A stretch of 47,629 bases of DNA, taken from NCBI GenBank assembly GCA_963674865.2, contig CAXXYE010000005.1, positions 1 through 47,629 of the forward strand, in the 5' to 3' direction. The notes below the pieces were generated by a model that saw only the letters and a list, made by a program, of their open reading frames with translations, ran no database searches and was not told the DNA's origin. The position numbers and the translations under genes are program-made. Shown here piece after piece: positions 28,254 to 39,194 of this stretch. How positions within the stretch are numbered: position 1 is the first letter of the stretch; every line of letters starts with the position of its first letter. Origin of the DNA: Candidatus Hydrogenedentota bacterium (GTDB lineage: Bacteria > Hydrogenedentota > Hydrogenedentia > Hydrogenedentales > SLHB01).

Positions 28254-29390
28254 ATGCGCATTGTTATTGCTCCGGACTCGTTCAAAGAGTGTGCGTCCGC
28301 CTCTGCGGTTGCGGAGGCGATGGCGCGGGGTGCGTTGCGTGCCGCGCCCGGCGCTGATGTCTTTGTGATCCCCATGGCCGATGGGGGAGAGGGCACCGTC
28401 GAGGCGCTTGTGACGGCGACTTCGGGCCGGGTCGTGAACTCTGTCGTTACCGGGCCGCTGGGAGAACCTGTCAAGGCCGCTTACGGTGTCCTTGGCGACG
28501 GGGAGACGGCCGTGATTGAGATGGCGGCCGCATCCGGGTTGACGTTGATGCCGCGGGAGGCGCGCGATCCTCGTGTAACGACAACGCGGGGAACAGGCGA
28601 ACTTATCCGAATGGCTCTTGATCGTGGCCTGTGCCGGATCATCGTGGGACTCGGCGGCAGTGCTACGAATGATGGGGGCGCGGGGATGGCTCAAGCGCTT
28701 GGATACTCGCTGAAAGACTTCCATCTCGAAGAGCTTAGGCCTGGCGGCGCGGCGTTGGCCGATTTGGCGCGTATCGATGTTTCGCAGAAGCATCCCGGTT
28801 TGGATGCGTGCGAAATCCTTGTGGCCTGTGACGTGGTGAATCCGCTGTGCGGTCCCGATGGCGCCTCTCCGGTATATGCCCCCCAGAAGGGCGCTACGCC
28901 CGAGATGGTGGAGGAGCTGGACGCGGCATTGCGGCATTTTGGCGAGGTTGTGGAAGAGCAACTCGGCACCATTATCCTCGACCTGCCCGGCGCCGGAGCG
29001 GCGGGCGGCTTGGGCGGGGGCTTGGTGGCATTTGCCGGCGCGCGGCTCGTCCCGGGTGCTGAGTTGATCGCGGAGGTGTGCGGCTTCGAGCGAGCTTTGA
29101 AAGGGGCGGACCTCGTACTTACGGGGGAGGGGCGGCTCGACGGGCAGACGGCCAACGGCAAGGCGCCTGTTGGCATTGCGGCCGTGGCTCAGCGGCACAA
29201 GGTGCCCGTAGTGGCGATTGCGGGGGCTTTGGGTGAGGGATATGAAGTGCTCTATGAGCATGGAATTGACGCCGCATTCTCGGTGTGTTCGGGGCCTACG
29301 ACGCTCGATAATGCAGTTGAAGGAGCCGAGGAATTGATCAGCCGCACTGCTGAAGCGGTGGTACGGCTGTGGCGAAGGGCTGGGAGGTAG
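28254..29390 (+). CDS. garK: Glycerate kinase (GarK/GlxK family)
   Basis: IVIAPDSFKE, PMADGGEGT, GLGGSATNDGG, GAGAAGG, TGEG, GKAP; GGAGG RBS. Confidence 0.95.
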   Translation: MRIVIAPDSFKECASASAVAEAMARGALRAAPGADVFVIPMADGGEGTVEALVTATSGRVVNSVVTGPLGEPVKAAYGVLGDGETAVIEMAAASGLTLMPREARDPRVTTTRGTGELIRMALDRGLCRIIVGLGGSATNDGGAGMAQALGYSLKDFHLEELRPGGAALADLARIDVSQKHPGLDACEILVACDVVNPLCGPDGASPVYAPQKGATPEMVEELDAALRHFGEVVEEQLGTIILDLPGAGAAGGLGGGLVAFAGARLVPGAELIAEVCGFERALKGADLVLTGEGRLDGQTANGKAPVGIAAVAQRHKVPVVAIAGALGEGYEVLYEHGIDAAFSVCSGPTTLDNAVEGAEELISRTAEAVVRLWRRAGR

Positions 29391-29391
29391 G

Positions 29392-32385
29392 ATGCGCGAG
29401 GGATTCGAGGATATAACCTTCACGGACGCCAAGGAGGCAGACAAACGATTGGCGTCATTGCTTGTGGAGGCGCCGGCGGACTCAGCTAAACACGTGGCGC
29501 AGGCCTTGCGAGAGTCGGCGGCCCCGGATAAGGCGCTGGTGCGCTTAGAACGCTTTCTCGACAGCGGGGCGAGGAGCCGAACCGACCTTGAGTTGATGGC
29601 GGCCAGTCCCCGCTATGCGCAACTCGTAATTACGCTGTTGGGCGAAAGTCATTACCTTACGGATATCGCCTGCCGAAATCCGGAGTTCTTGGCGTGGCTT
29701 TGGCAGGAGGGCGAACTCGAACGCGCACGGACGTGTGAGGAGATCACCGGCCTGCTGTGGACTCAGGTGTCGGCATTTGATGCGTTTGAGTCGCGTTGTC
29801 AATCGATGCGTCGTTTCAATCGCCGTGAGATTCTGCGAATCGCGGCGCGGGATATTTTCGCCTATGTTCCACTTGCATCGCTAACGGAGGACTTATCGAA
29901 CCTCGCGGATGCGATGCTCGAGGTCGCTTATAGGAGCGCTTTCGAGGTACTTGAGGCGCGTTTTGGTAGGCCGACGATGTCGCGGGCCGATGGCGCAGGT
30001 ACGGTGGATGCGACGTTTACGGTGCTTGCGCTTGGGAAGCTCGGCGGGCGCGAACTGAATTTCAGCTCCGATATCGACCTGTTGTTTCTTTACTCGGATG
30101 AGGGGCAGACGACGGGGGGGACTTCGCCGCAACTGACGAACGCCGAGTTCTTCCAGAAGTTGGGGGAGATGATCATCCATGCGTTGTCCGAGCAAACCAG
30201 CGAGGGCCACATTTTCCGGGTGGACATGCGTCTACGACCTCACGGGCGCATGGGCCCCCTGGCCGTGAGTCTGGACAGTGCCCTGAAATACTACGAAGGC
30301 GTTGGGCAGGCTTGGGAGCGCCAAGCGCTTATCAAGACGCGGCCTGCGGCGGGGGATCTGCGGCTCGGCGGGCAGTTCGTCGAGTTGACGCGGCCCTTCG
30401 TTTTCCCCCGCTACTTCGATGATGAGACTCTCGAAGACATCCGTGCCGTGAAGGAGCTGATGGAGGCGCAGACGACGGCTCGCGGCGAGCGCGATACGGA
30501 AGTGAAGCTGGGGCGGGGGGGGATTCGGGATATCGAATTCACGGTGCAGATACTTCAACTGCTCAACGGCGGACGCGTGGAAGCTTTGCGCACCACGCAT
30601 ACGCTCGAAGCGATTGACGCGCTTGGCCGCCACGCCCTCCTGCGGCCCCTCGAAGCCACCGAACTGGCCAGCAACTACGCGTTCTTGCGGCAGGTCGAAC
30701 ACCGGCTGCAGATTGAGGGAGGGCAGCAGCGCCATGCCCTCCCGAAAGAGCCGGAGGCGCTGGACGAGCTTGCGCGGCGGCTGGGCTACCAGTCAGGTAC
30801 GGCCTTTCTTGCGACGTATCGCGAGCGGGCCGAGCGGACGCGCGCGATCCTGGATCAGTTTTTGGCGGCGAAGGGTTCGGGTCATCTCTGGATCACGGAC
30901 GTGCTGAATCCGCGTTCGGACGGCGCGGAGGGGCTGCGCCATTTGGAGGCCATGGGATTTCGCGACGCGCCTAAGGCTCGCGCCGAACTGCTTCTTCTTT
31001 ATGCCGGGACGGAGAACCAGCCGCATACGTCGCGGGTGAGGCAGCAATTCGCCGCCATTGCGCCGATGCTGCTCGATGCGCTCTCCTCGTATCGCAATCC
31101 TGACGAGGCCCTGCTGCGCTTAGGGAAGGTTATCGGCACGCTTCATGCCCCCGGAGCGATGTATGACATCCTGAAGTGGAATCCGGCGCTTTGTCATTAT
31201 CTGGTGACGCTGGTAGCGAACAGCGAGTACCTGAGCGGCGTATTTGTTCGGGAGCCGGGTCTGTTCGACGCATTCGGCGCGGAGGATATGCTGGCACGGG
31301 GCTCAACGCGTGAGGAGCTTCAGGAGCAGCTATCCAATCTGGCGCGTGCGTACGATCCCAATGCGGCTCTCTATCGTCTCCGCGACGGGGAGATGCTCCG
31401 CGTCGGGATGCGCGACCTCATTCGCAACACGAATGTTGTTGAGGTCGGGCTGGAACTGACGCAGTTGGCTGAGGTCTGTCTTACGGCCGCGTTGAGCGCC
31501 GCCAGGGAGAAGGTTGCGAAGCGTTACGGGCCGTCCGGCGGGGCATTCGCAGTGCTCGGACTCGGCAAACTCGGCGGGCGGGAGATGAGCTACGGCAGCG
31601 ACCTGGACCTGGTGTTTGTATATGATGGCTCAGCGGAGATCGAGTCGGGCATGTCCCCGGGGGAGTATTTCGCCGCGGTGGCCGCGGAGACTATCCGCAT
31701 TCTCAAAGAGCCCACTCGCTACGGTAGGTTGTATGACATCGACGCGCGTCTTAGGCCTGACGGGCAGAAGGGCACGCTGACGGTGAGCCGGAGGCGATTC
31801 CAGGAGTACTACCGCGACGAGGCCCATCCGTGGGAGCGACTTGCTTTGGTGAAGGCGCGGGCGGTTGCCGGTGACGATGCACTTGGGGGGGAGGTGGCCG
31901 AAGCGGGACAGGAACTGGCCTTCAACCTGGACTTGAGGCCTGAGACCTTGGCGCGGATCGAGGAGATTCGGGCGAAAATCGTGGCAAGCGGCACGGCGCT
32001 GGATTTGAAGAAGTGTGAGGGGGGGACGGTGGAGATCGAATTCGCGGTTCGGCTTCTGCAATTGCGCCACGCAAAGGATTTGCCGGATCTGAAGCGGGGC
32101 GACGTGCTTGGCGCGATCGATATCCTCACGCAGCACAAGGCGCTGGCGCCTCACGAGTTCGGCGCGCTGGCGGAGTCATACTTGCTGTTCCGGAAGGTGG
32201 AGAACCGGATTCGGATCATGCACGGGCGGTCAGGCAGCGCGCTGCCTGAAGACGCGGATGTTCGGGTGGACCTGGCAGAACGGCTCCAGATCAAGGGGGA
32301 TATTGCGCAGGTGGTACAAGAACACGCAACGCGCGTCCACGAAACCTATCAGGCTGTGCTGGATGGCTTGATGAAAGGAACGTGA
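29392..32385 (+). CDS. glnE: Bifunctional glutamine synthetase adenylyltransferase/adenylyl-removing enzyme
   Basis: Two nucleotidyltransferase domains: LGKLGGRELNFSSDIDL..DMRLRP and LGKLGGREMSYGSDLDL..DARLRP; KLGRGGIRDIEF. Confidence 0.96.
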   Translation: MREGFEDITFTDAKEADKRLASLLVEAPADSAKHVAQALRESAAPDKALVRLERFLDSGARSRTDLELMAASPRYAQLVITLLGESHYLTDIACRNPEFLAWLWQEGELERARTCEEITGLLWTQVSAFDAFESRCQSMRRFNRREILRIAARDIFAYVPLASLTEDLSNLADAMLEVAYRSAFEVLEARFGRPTMSRADGAGTVDATFTVLALGKLGGRELNFSSDIDLLFLYSDEGQTTGGTSPQLTNAEFFQKLGEMIIHALSEQTSEGHIFRVDMRLRPHGRMGPLAVSLDSALKYYEGVGQAWERQALIKTRPAAGDLRLGGQFVELTRPFVFPRYFDDETLEDIRAVKELMEAQTTARGERDTEVKLGRGGIRDIEFTVQILQLLNGGRVEALRTTHTLEAIDALGRHALLRPLEATELASNYAFLRQVEHRLQIEGGQQRHALPKEPEALDELARRLGYQSGTAFLATYRERAERTRAILDQFLAAKGSGHLWITDVLNPRSDGAEGLRHLEAMGFRDAPKARAELLLLYAGTENQPHTSRVRQQFAAIAPMLLDALSSYRNPDEALLRLGKVIGTLHAPGAMYDILKWNPALCHYLVTLVANSEYLSGVFVREPGLFDAFGAEDMLARGSTREELQEQLSNLARAYDPNAALYRLRDGEMLRVGMRDLIRNTNVVEVGLELTQLAEVCLTAALSAAREKVAKRYGPSGGAFAVLGLGKLGGREMSYGSDLDLVFVYDGSAEIESGMSPGEYFAAVAAETIRILKEPTRYGRLYDIDARLRPDGQKGTLTVSRRRFQEYYRDEAHPWERLALVKARAVAGDDALGGEVAEAGQELAFNLDLRPETLARIEEIRAKIVASGTALDLKKCEGGTVEIEFAVRLLQLRHAKDLPDLKRGDVLGAIDILTQHKALAPHEFGALAESYLLFRKVENRIRIMHGRSGSALPEDADVRVDLAERLQIKGDIAQVVQEHATRVHETYQAVLDGLMKGT

Positions 32386-32410
32386 GCCGAGGGGGGCACG
32401 TCCGGGGCGA

Positions 32411-34717
32411 TCAGAACCGCAGGCCTGTAAGAAGGTGCAGCCGGCCGGAGCCCTGATCGTCATCCGCATTAAGCGGGATACCGTAGTCAACGCGCACCGG
32501 GCCGAGCCGCGGCACTTCCACGCCCAAGCCAATGCCAACGCTGTGCTTCATGTCGCCCAGGTCGAAATCACCAGCTTCACGCCATACGCCGCCGGAATCG
32601 AAGAAGGTGTAAAGGCGGAACTGCTCAAGTACTTTGTACTTCATTTCGACGTTGCCCACCAGGCGCAACTCGCCGCCGACGGCGTCCTTCGGCCCCCACG
32701 GCAAGAGAAGGTAGCGCGGCTCTTTGGGGCCGATGTCGCGTGTATCGTAGCCGCGGACGGTGCTTGCGCCGCCTACGAAGAAGCGATCGGAGATCGGGAC
32801 AAAATCGGATGAACCGTAATCATTGACCCAGCCGGCGCGGCCGCGCACCGACAGGATCCACTTACGCTCTTCGCCGAAGGGGACGAACCACGTGGAGTCC
32901 TGCTGGAGTTTGTAGAAATGGTTGTCGCCTCCGAGGCCTGCGAGTTGGAGCTCGAAGTCGTGCTTTGAACCTGAACTTGGATCGCGGTAGTAGTCGAGCG
33001 TGTTACGGGTGATTCCCCATATGGTGCTGATGGTGCTGCTGCCCCCGCGCTCCCGGCGCAGGGAACGGGAGGCGAAATAGGGTAGGTGGGAAATATCGAC
33101 ATTGTCGTACCGCAGGCTGGTTCGGGCGTTGACGTAGGGGGACAGGAGCTTGCCGAAGCGGAGCTGTGCGCCCTGGGTTCGTTCGTCGAACTCGACGCCG
33201 CCGGTGTATTCGTAGTACTCGTCAAAAACGTCGAAGCCGAAAGCGAGAGGATATCCCAAGAACTCCGGATCGGTGAAGCTCAAAGAGTATTGGCTGCGAA
33301 CATCGCCGAGGGAAATGCGTGTCCGGAACTGTTGGCCTCCGCCGGAGAAGGAGGGCCAGTTCCCTAGATCGAAGTTGTCGAGGCGAAGCTCGGCGAATCC
33401 GCCAAGCCGCTCTTCCGTGCTGTAGCCAACGCCGAAATTGAAGTTGCCGGTCTTGCCCTCATCGACGTCGAGGAGCAGGTTGGCGAAGCGCTCGTCATCC
33501 GTCGGCTCTCTCGTAAATCTGACTTCCTGGAAGTACTGGCTATTCTCGAGGCGGCGCTGACTGGCCTGCAATGCGGTGCCGTCAAATCGTTCGCCGGGAA
33601 CGAGGAGCAAGTCCCGGCGGATAACCTCATCTTTTGTGACGTTGTTGCCGGTGATCTTAATCTCGCGGACGTACTTGAGGTCGCCTTCCTCAACGGCGTA
33701 GAGAACCTGGGTTTTCTTGTTCTCGGGATCGACGGTTACTTGAGGGGTGACATTGGCATTGATATAACCGCTGTCCTCATAGCCCTTTCTGATAAGATCC
33801 GTGTCTTTCTCGAGCTGGCCGGTATTGTGTACATCGCCCGGGTGGACCTTGACGATGCGCATGATCTCGTCATCATCGAAGACTTCATTATTGGCGATGT
33901 CGAGCTGCTCAACGGCGTACTCCGGGCCTTCGGCGAGGCTGATGGTGATCAGCAGGCGTCTGGCGTTATCCGGGTAGATAAGATCGACCTTGACGACGTC
34001 GGCTTCGAGGCGGCCGAAGTTGCCGTACTCTTTCAGGATGTTCTGAAGGTCGGCTTCAAACTTGGCCTCGTCGTATTTGCCGCCGACAAACCACCAGGCC
34101 CGGCCGGTCTTCATGAGCTTATTCAGTTTGCGTTTCGAAAGGACTTCGTTCCCCTCGAAACTGATGCGCTTGATCCTGGCTTTCTTGCCTTCGTCGATGT
34201 TGTAGGTCACGCGGACGCGGCCCGGGGCAACTTCATCCACGATGATGTCTACGGTGGTATTGGGATAGCCCTTTTGTTTGTAGAGGTTTAGGACGGCGTC
34301 GCGTTCTTGTTCGTAGCCGTCTTCGAGGAAGGCATCTCCGGTTCGCCAGGAAACGGCGCCGCGAATATCGCGGGTGCGCACCTTCTTGTTGCCGATGATC
34401 TTCACCTCATCGATGAAGCGCTTCTCTTCAAAGATGTAGGTGAGGATGACCTGGCCGGCGACAGTCTGGACATCGGCAATGATGTTGGCGAAGTAATCCA
34501 GGTCGTACAGGCGGCGTATATCGCGCGAGACGGCGCGCGAGTTGTAGGGCTGGCCGGACTTGACCTCAAGTTGAGCGCGGATGAGCTGCTCGCTGACACG
34601 AGTGAGCCCCTCGCACCGAACCGCGCTGACGACTTGGGCCGGGAAATCCTGGGCAGCCGCCTGGAGTGTGAGCGTTACTATGACGATGGACGCGAGGGAG
34701 GTCAGCAGTCTTCTCAA
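32411..34717 (-). CDS. bamA: Outer membrane protein assembly factor BamA
   Basis: Signal peptide, POTRA repeats (I.GN..T.D.VIRR), SFTDP, VRGY loop motif, GPVRVDYG and C-terminal Phe. Confidence 0.95.
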   Translation of the reverse strand: MRRLLTSLASIVIVTLTLQAAAQDFPAQVVSAVRCEGLTRVSEQLIRAQLEVKSGQPYNSRAVSRDIRRLYDLDYFANIIADVQTVAGQVILTYIFEEKRFIDEVKIIGNKKVRTRDIRGAVSWRTGDAFLEDGYEQERDAVLNLYKQKGYPNTTVDIIVDEVAPGRVRVTYNIDEGKKARIKRISFEGNEVLSKRKLNKLMKTGRAWWFVGGKYDEAKFEADLQNILKEYGNFGRLEADVVKVDLIYPDNARRLLITISLAEGPEYAVEQLDIANNEVFDDDEIMRIVKVHPGDVHNTGQLEKDTDLIRKGYEDSGYINANVTPQVTVDPENKKTQVLYAVEEGDLKYVREIKITGNNVTKDEVIRRDLLLVPGERFDGTALQASQRRLENSQYFQEVRFTREPTDDERFANLLLDVDEGKTGNFNFGVGYSTEERLGGFAELRLDNFDLGNWPSFSGGGQQFRTRISLGDVRSQYSLSFTDPEFLGYPLAFGFDVFDEYYEYTGGVEFDERTQGAQLRFGKLLSPYVNARTSLRYDNVDISHLPYFASRSLRRERGGSSTISTIWGITRNTLDYYRDPSSGSKHDFELQLAGLGGDNHFYKLQQDSTWFVPFGEERKWILSVRGRAGWVNDYGSSDFVPISDRFFVGGASTVRGYDTRDIGPKEPRYLLLPWGPKDAVGGELRLVGNVEMKYKVLEQFRLYTFFDSGGVWREAGDFDLGDMKHSVGIGLGVEVPRLGPVRVDYGIPLNADDDQGSGRLHLLTGLRF

Positions 34718-37173
34718 GTAGTTACACCTTCCGCTGCGGGAACCACCGGCGCAAAGGCCAGTTTCTCTTCCTCTTGTGAGGGGTAAACCTCAATGGTTGA
34801 GCCCGTTTCGAAGTTCCCTTTCAACAACAACTCGGACAAGGGGTCTTCGATATACTGCTGGACGGCCCTCCGCAAAGGCCGTGCCCCGTACTGCGGATCG
34901 CTGCCCACGCGTACGAGGAACTCGCGAGCATCGTCCGAAAGGGACAGATTCAATCCCTTCTCAGCGAGACGTTCTATCACTTCCCTGACTTGGATGTCAA
35001 CAATCCGGAGCAGTTGCTCGTGACTGAGTTGATGGAAAACGAGTATTTCGTCGATCCGGTTGAGAAACTCGGGATTGAATAGCCTCTTGACTTCCTCGAC
35101 CACCCGGTCCTTCATCTTGTCATATTCGTTCTTCGCGTTGGCCGGCTGGAAGCCCGCCGTGATACTGCGGCCGATTCGGCGTGTCCCGACGTTGCTGGTC
35201 ATCACAATGACGGTGTTGCGGAAATCGACTTTCCGGCCGGTGGCATCCGTCATGAAGCCTTCCTCGAGGATCTGGAGCAGGGCGTTGAATACGTCGGGAT
35301 GGGCCTTCTCGATCTCATCGAACAGGACTACTGAGTAGGGGCGGCGACGGACCTGCTCGGTGAGTTGTCCGCCCTCGTTGTAACCGACGTAGCCGGGAGG
35401 AGCACCGGCCAAGCGCGACACACCGCGAATTTCTCCATGTACTCAGCCATATCGATGGTGACGAGCGCTTCCTCGTTGCCGAACAGGAAGCTCGCCAGAC
35501 TCTTGGCCAGGAGGGTCTTGCCGACGCCGGTAGGGCCGAGGAACATGAACGAACCGACGGGGCGCTTCGCGTTTTTTAGGCCGGCGCGGGAACGCTGGAT
35601 GGCGCGCGTGATGGCGTCAAGGGCATCATCCTGGCCGACGACGGATTTGTGCAGTTCCTCACGCATCCTCAGGAGGCGGTCGGACTCGTCTTCTTCGAGC
35701 TTGGTGAGGGGAACGCCGGTCCACTTCGATACGATATAGGCGATATCTTCTTCGGTAACGACGGTTTCCGACGAGTCCCGCTTCTTCTCCCACAGGCGCT
35801 TCTGTTCTTCGAGCTTGGCGATAAGCGTACGTTCGCGATCGCGCAGCCCCGCGGCCTTCTCGTATTCCTGATTGCGGATGGCCGCCTCCTTCTCGTGAGT
35901 CATGTGCTCGATGTCTTGCTCGATTTCCTTCAATTGGGCCGGCCGGGTCGTGATTTGAAGCCGCGCGCGGCTGCCGGCTTCGTCGATGACGTCCACTGCT
36001 TTGTCGGGCAGGAAGCGGTCGGTGATGTATTGATTGGATAGCTTGGCCGCGGCGACGATGGCGTCGTCCGAGAACTTGACGCGGTGATGGGCCTCGTACT
36101 TGTCCCGGAGGCCCTTGATGATCTCGATGGTCTGATCGACGGTGGGGGCGTCGATCAGAATGGTCTGGAAGCGTCGGGCCAGGGCCGAGTCCTTCTCGAT
36201 GTACTTGCGGTACTCTTCCATGGTGGTAGCGCCGATGCACTGGAGTTCGCCGCGTGCGAGTGCGGGTTTTAGCATATTGGCCGCGTCCACGGCGCCTTCG
36301 GCCGCGCCCGCGCCCACGATGGTATGCAGTTCGTCGATAAAGAGGATGATGTTGTCGGCGCGCCGGATCTCTTTCATCACGGACTTCAGCCGTTCCTCGA
36401 ACTGACCGCGGTATTTGGTGCCCGCCACCACGCCCGCGAGGTCGAGGGTGAGCACACGGCGGTTGAGGAGAAGGTCGGGCCACATCGCCCTTGATGATGG
36501 CCTGGGCGAGGCCTTCTACAATCGCGGTCTTTCCGACGCCGGCCTCGCCGATGAGGACGGGGTTGTTCTTCGTGCGCCGACTCAGGATTTGAATGACGCG
36601 CTCAATCTCATCTTCCCGGCCGATTACGGGGTCGAGCTTCTCCTCCTGGGCGAGAACCGTCAGATCGCGGCCGAAGGTGTCGAGGGCGGGGGTCTGGGAC
36701 TTCTTTCCCGCGGCCGTCTGGGCGCCGGAACGCCCCTGATCGCCAAGGAGGCGGATGACTTCGGCCTGAACGCGGCCGAGGTCGACTTTCATGTCTTGGA
36801 GCACTTTGGCGGCGATGCCTTCACCCTCCTTGATCAAGCCGAGGAGGATGTGTTCCGTACCGATGTAACTATGGTTGAAGCGGCGGGCCTCCTCGACGGC
36901 CAGCTCAAGGACCTTCTTGGCACGGGGCGTGAACGATATCTCGCCCGAAGGCGGGGGAGCGGAGCCCCGCTGGACCTGCTGTTCGATCTCGAAGGCGAGG
37001 GCGTCGACGTCAACCCCCAGGTTCTCGAGGGCGCGCGCGGCGATACCCTCGGGCTCGCGGCAGAGGCCCAAAAGGATGTGCTCCGTCCGAACGTGCTCGC
37101 TTCCAAGCCGGGTCGCCTCTTCACGCGCGGTGCTGATTACATGTTTGGCGCGTTCTGTAAACCGGTCCCACAT
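34714..37173 (-). CDS. clpC: ATP-dependent Clp protease ATPase ClpC (indels near 36482 and 35420)
   Basis: [13 protein letters not shown] double Clp-[12 protein letters not shown]-like M domain, [22 protein letters not shown]. Confidence 0.96.
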
Positions 37174-37196
37174 GGTGTCTTCGCCCTTCCCGTTAA

Positions 37197-38324
37197 CTAA
37201 GCGAATTTGGCGCGGACAAGGTCCGCCCGTTCGCTGCTTATTCGAAACTCGTCACAGTCGCCCGCGAGCCGCATCTGGATATGGGCTCGCTGGGACGCCA
37301 TGAGCACTTCATTAACATCTTGGAGGCTGTGATTATCCACGAGGCCGAGGGCAACGCCGAGGCGCAGGGAGGACAGGAGGTCAACGGCCTCATCGAATTC
37401 GAGCAGGCGGGCGCCGCGGACGATTGCCCAGTGCCCGTCCCACGTGATCCTCAATCTGGCGCGGCTCGTAGCGGGCAATCGCCTGGCGCCGATCGTTCTC
37501 TCTCGCGATAATCTCGCCTGCCGCGTGCCTGAGTTCGAAAACAATCTCCTCCTCGGACTTCCCGAGGGTGCGTTGATTCATCAAGTAGACGAGGCTGCCG
37601 AGGGCCTCGTACGCTGCGGGGTGGTCCGTCTCTGAGAGAGCTGTGCAGAAGCCCTCGGCGACGGAAGCAGGCGTGCGTCCGTCTAGTTCGGCGGTGAGCA
37701 CGTTTAGGCCGTGCAGGGCCGCCTTGCGCTCTCGCAGATTCTCTTCGATGGTCGACAACTCCCTCTTTGCGGCCAGGCCCGGCAGATGGAAGATGAAGAA
37801 GATCGTGAGTCCGGTGCCGACACGCCGGAGGTCCGATTGTCAGATAGCCGAAGGTGTCGTGAAACGCGAAGTCCAGCGATGCGGCAAGGGCATCATCAAT
37901 GAGGTTGAGGCGAGCCCATACCTCCTGAGGTTGAAGCCCCGGGGCGATCGCCTGAATGCACAGGTGGTCGGAACCGTTAATGGCGATACTCAAGCACTGA
38001 TCGTGGCTCACATACACGCCGTGCGGGCCCGACGCGTGCAGGACCTCCTCGGTAATGATCCGGCGTTCCGCCAGAAAGCGGGCCGCGCTTGGATCGACAT
38101 CATCGAGGGGGGCAATAGGCCCCGTTCTCGAGCAGCCCCGAAGAGTCGAGGGCTCCGACGATGCGCTCTACGATGCTTCGCTTTTCGTCATCGGAGCAAT
38201 GAGTGGGAAACGGGAAGTCGGACAAGTTCCGCAAGAGAAAGCCATGGGAACTGAGTGCGACGCCCGACTCCGGGCCATTGCCCATAAGCCAGAGCGCGGG
38301 GCTATCAACGAGCGTTTCAACCAT
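37197..38324 (-). CDS. mcsB: McsB-like ATP:guanido phosphotransferase-fold protein, catalytically degenerate (indels near 38110, 37838, 37428)
   Basis: [41 protein letters not shown] and ERADLVR; located between mcsA and clpC. Confidence 0.85.
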
Positions 38325-38371
38325 GTGTCACGCAGGAATCCAACGTTTGGCTTGAGCGGCCTTGCCTGGGC

Positions 38372-38892
38372 CTATTCGCAAGCCCTTGGGTCGGCAAGTG
38401 CCGCTTCGAGCGCCTTAATCTCATCGCGCAGGACGGCCGCTTCCTCGTAGTCCTCCGTCTGGACGGTGGTCTTCAGGAGGGCCCGCTTTGTCTGGAGATC
38501 GGCCCGGAGTTGCGCCGATTTGTCGTCGATATGGGCGATCTTGCTGCGATGCCGCCACTGCCTGATGCATATCTTGCAGGAGCGGCTTGAGCGGCTCGCT
38601 GAAGGCGTAGTAGCAGCGAGCGCACTTGACCTTGCCGCTCTCGATGACGTCCGCCAGCCTTGTGCCACAGGCCGGGCAGGGCTTGCGTGTCATCGTGCGG
38701 CTCTTGGCCTTGCGCTGACTGGGGACGCGCTTCAGGCGAGGCGTGGATTTCGAGATCTCGAAACCTGTCGCGGCGCTCTCCTGATGCTCGACGAGGCAGC
38801 CCCTCACACAGGTGAAGTTCAGCCACTTTTCCGTCCACGACTTCGGCATATCGGACGGTGGCGCGGTTCTTATGACATCTCTGACAAAGCAT
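38372..38892 (-). CDS. mcsA: McsA-like zinc-finger/UVR domain protein (indels)
   Basis: CQRC, LHLCxxC, CPAC and CARC, plus C-terminal EDYEEAAVLRDEI UVR motif. Confidence 0.88.
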
Positions 38893-39194
38893 TGGTATCA
38901 GCCTCGCTGTAAGTATACCACTCTGGTGGGGGGGAGTCCACGTTACCTGGCTCCGCACGCGTTCGCGTTGTCGGCTTGGGGCCGCGCAAGAGACGCCGTC
39001 CGGATGGCCTACACGTCGTCATTCGCGCCCAGCTCTTCTCGCCCACCGCTTGGCGAGTTGGGCTTGCTGATGACAAGAGTCCGAGGAGGATATGAGGCAC
39101 GCCGTCATGCTCTTTGGCGGCAATGCGGCGCCCGCTCCGGATGGCCTATTTGCAGTGATATGCGGTGCCTGTATAGCGGTGGTTATGCGGAAGT

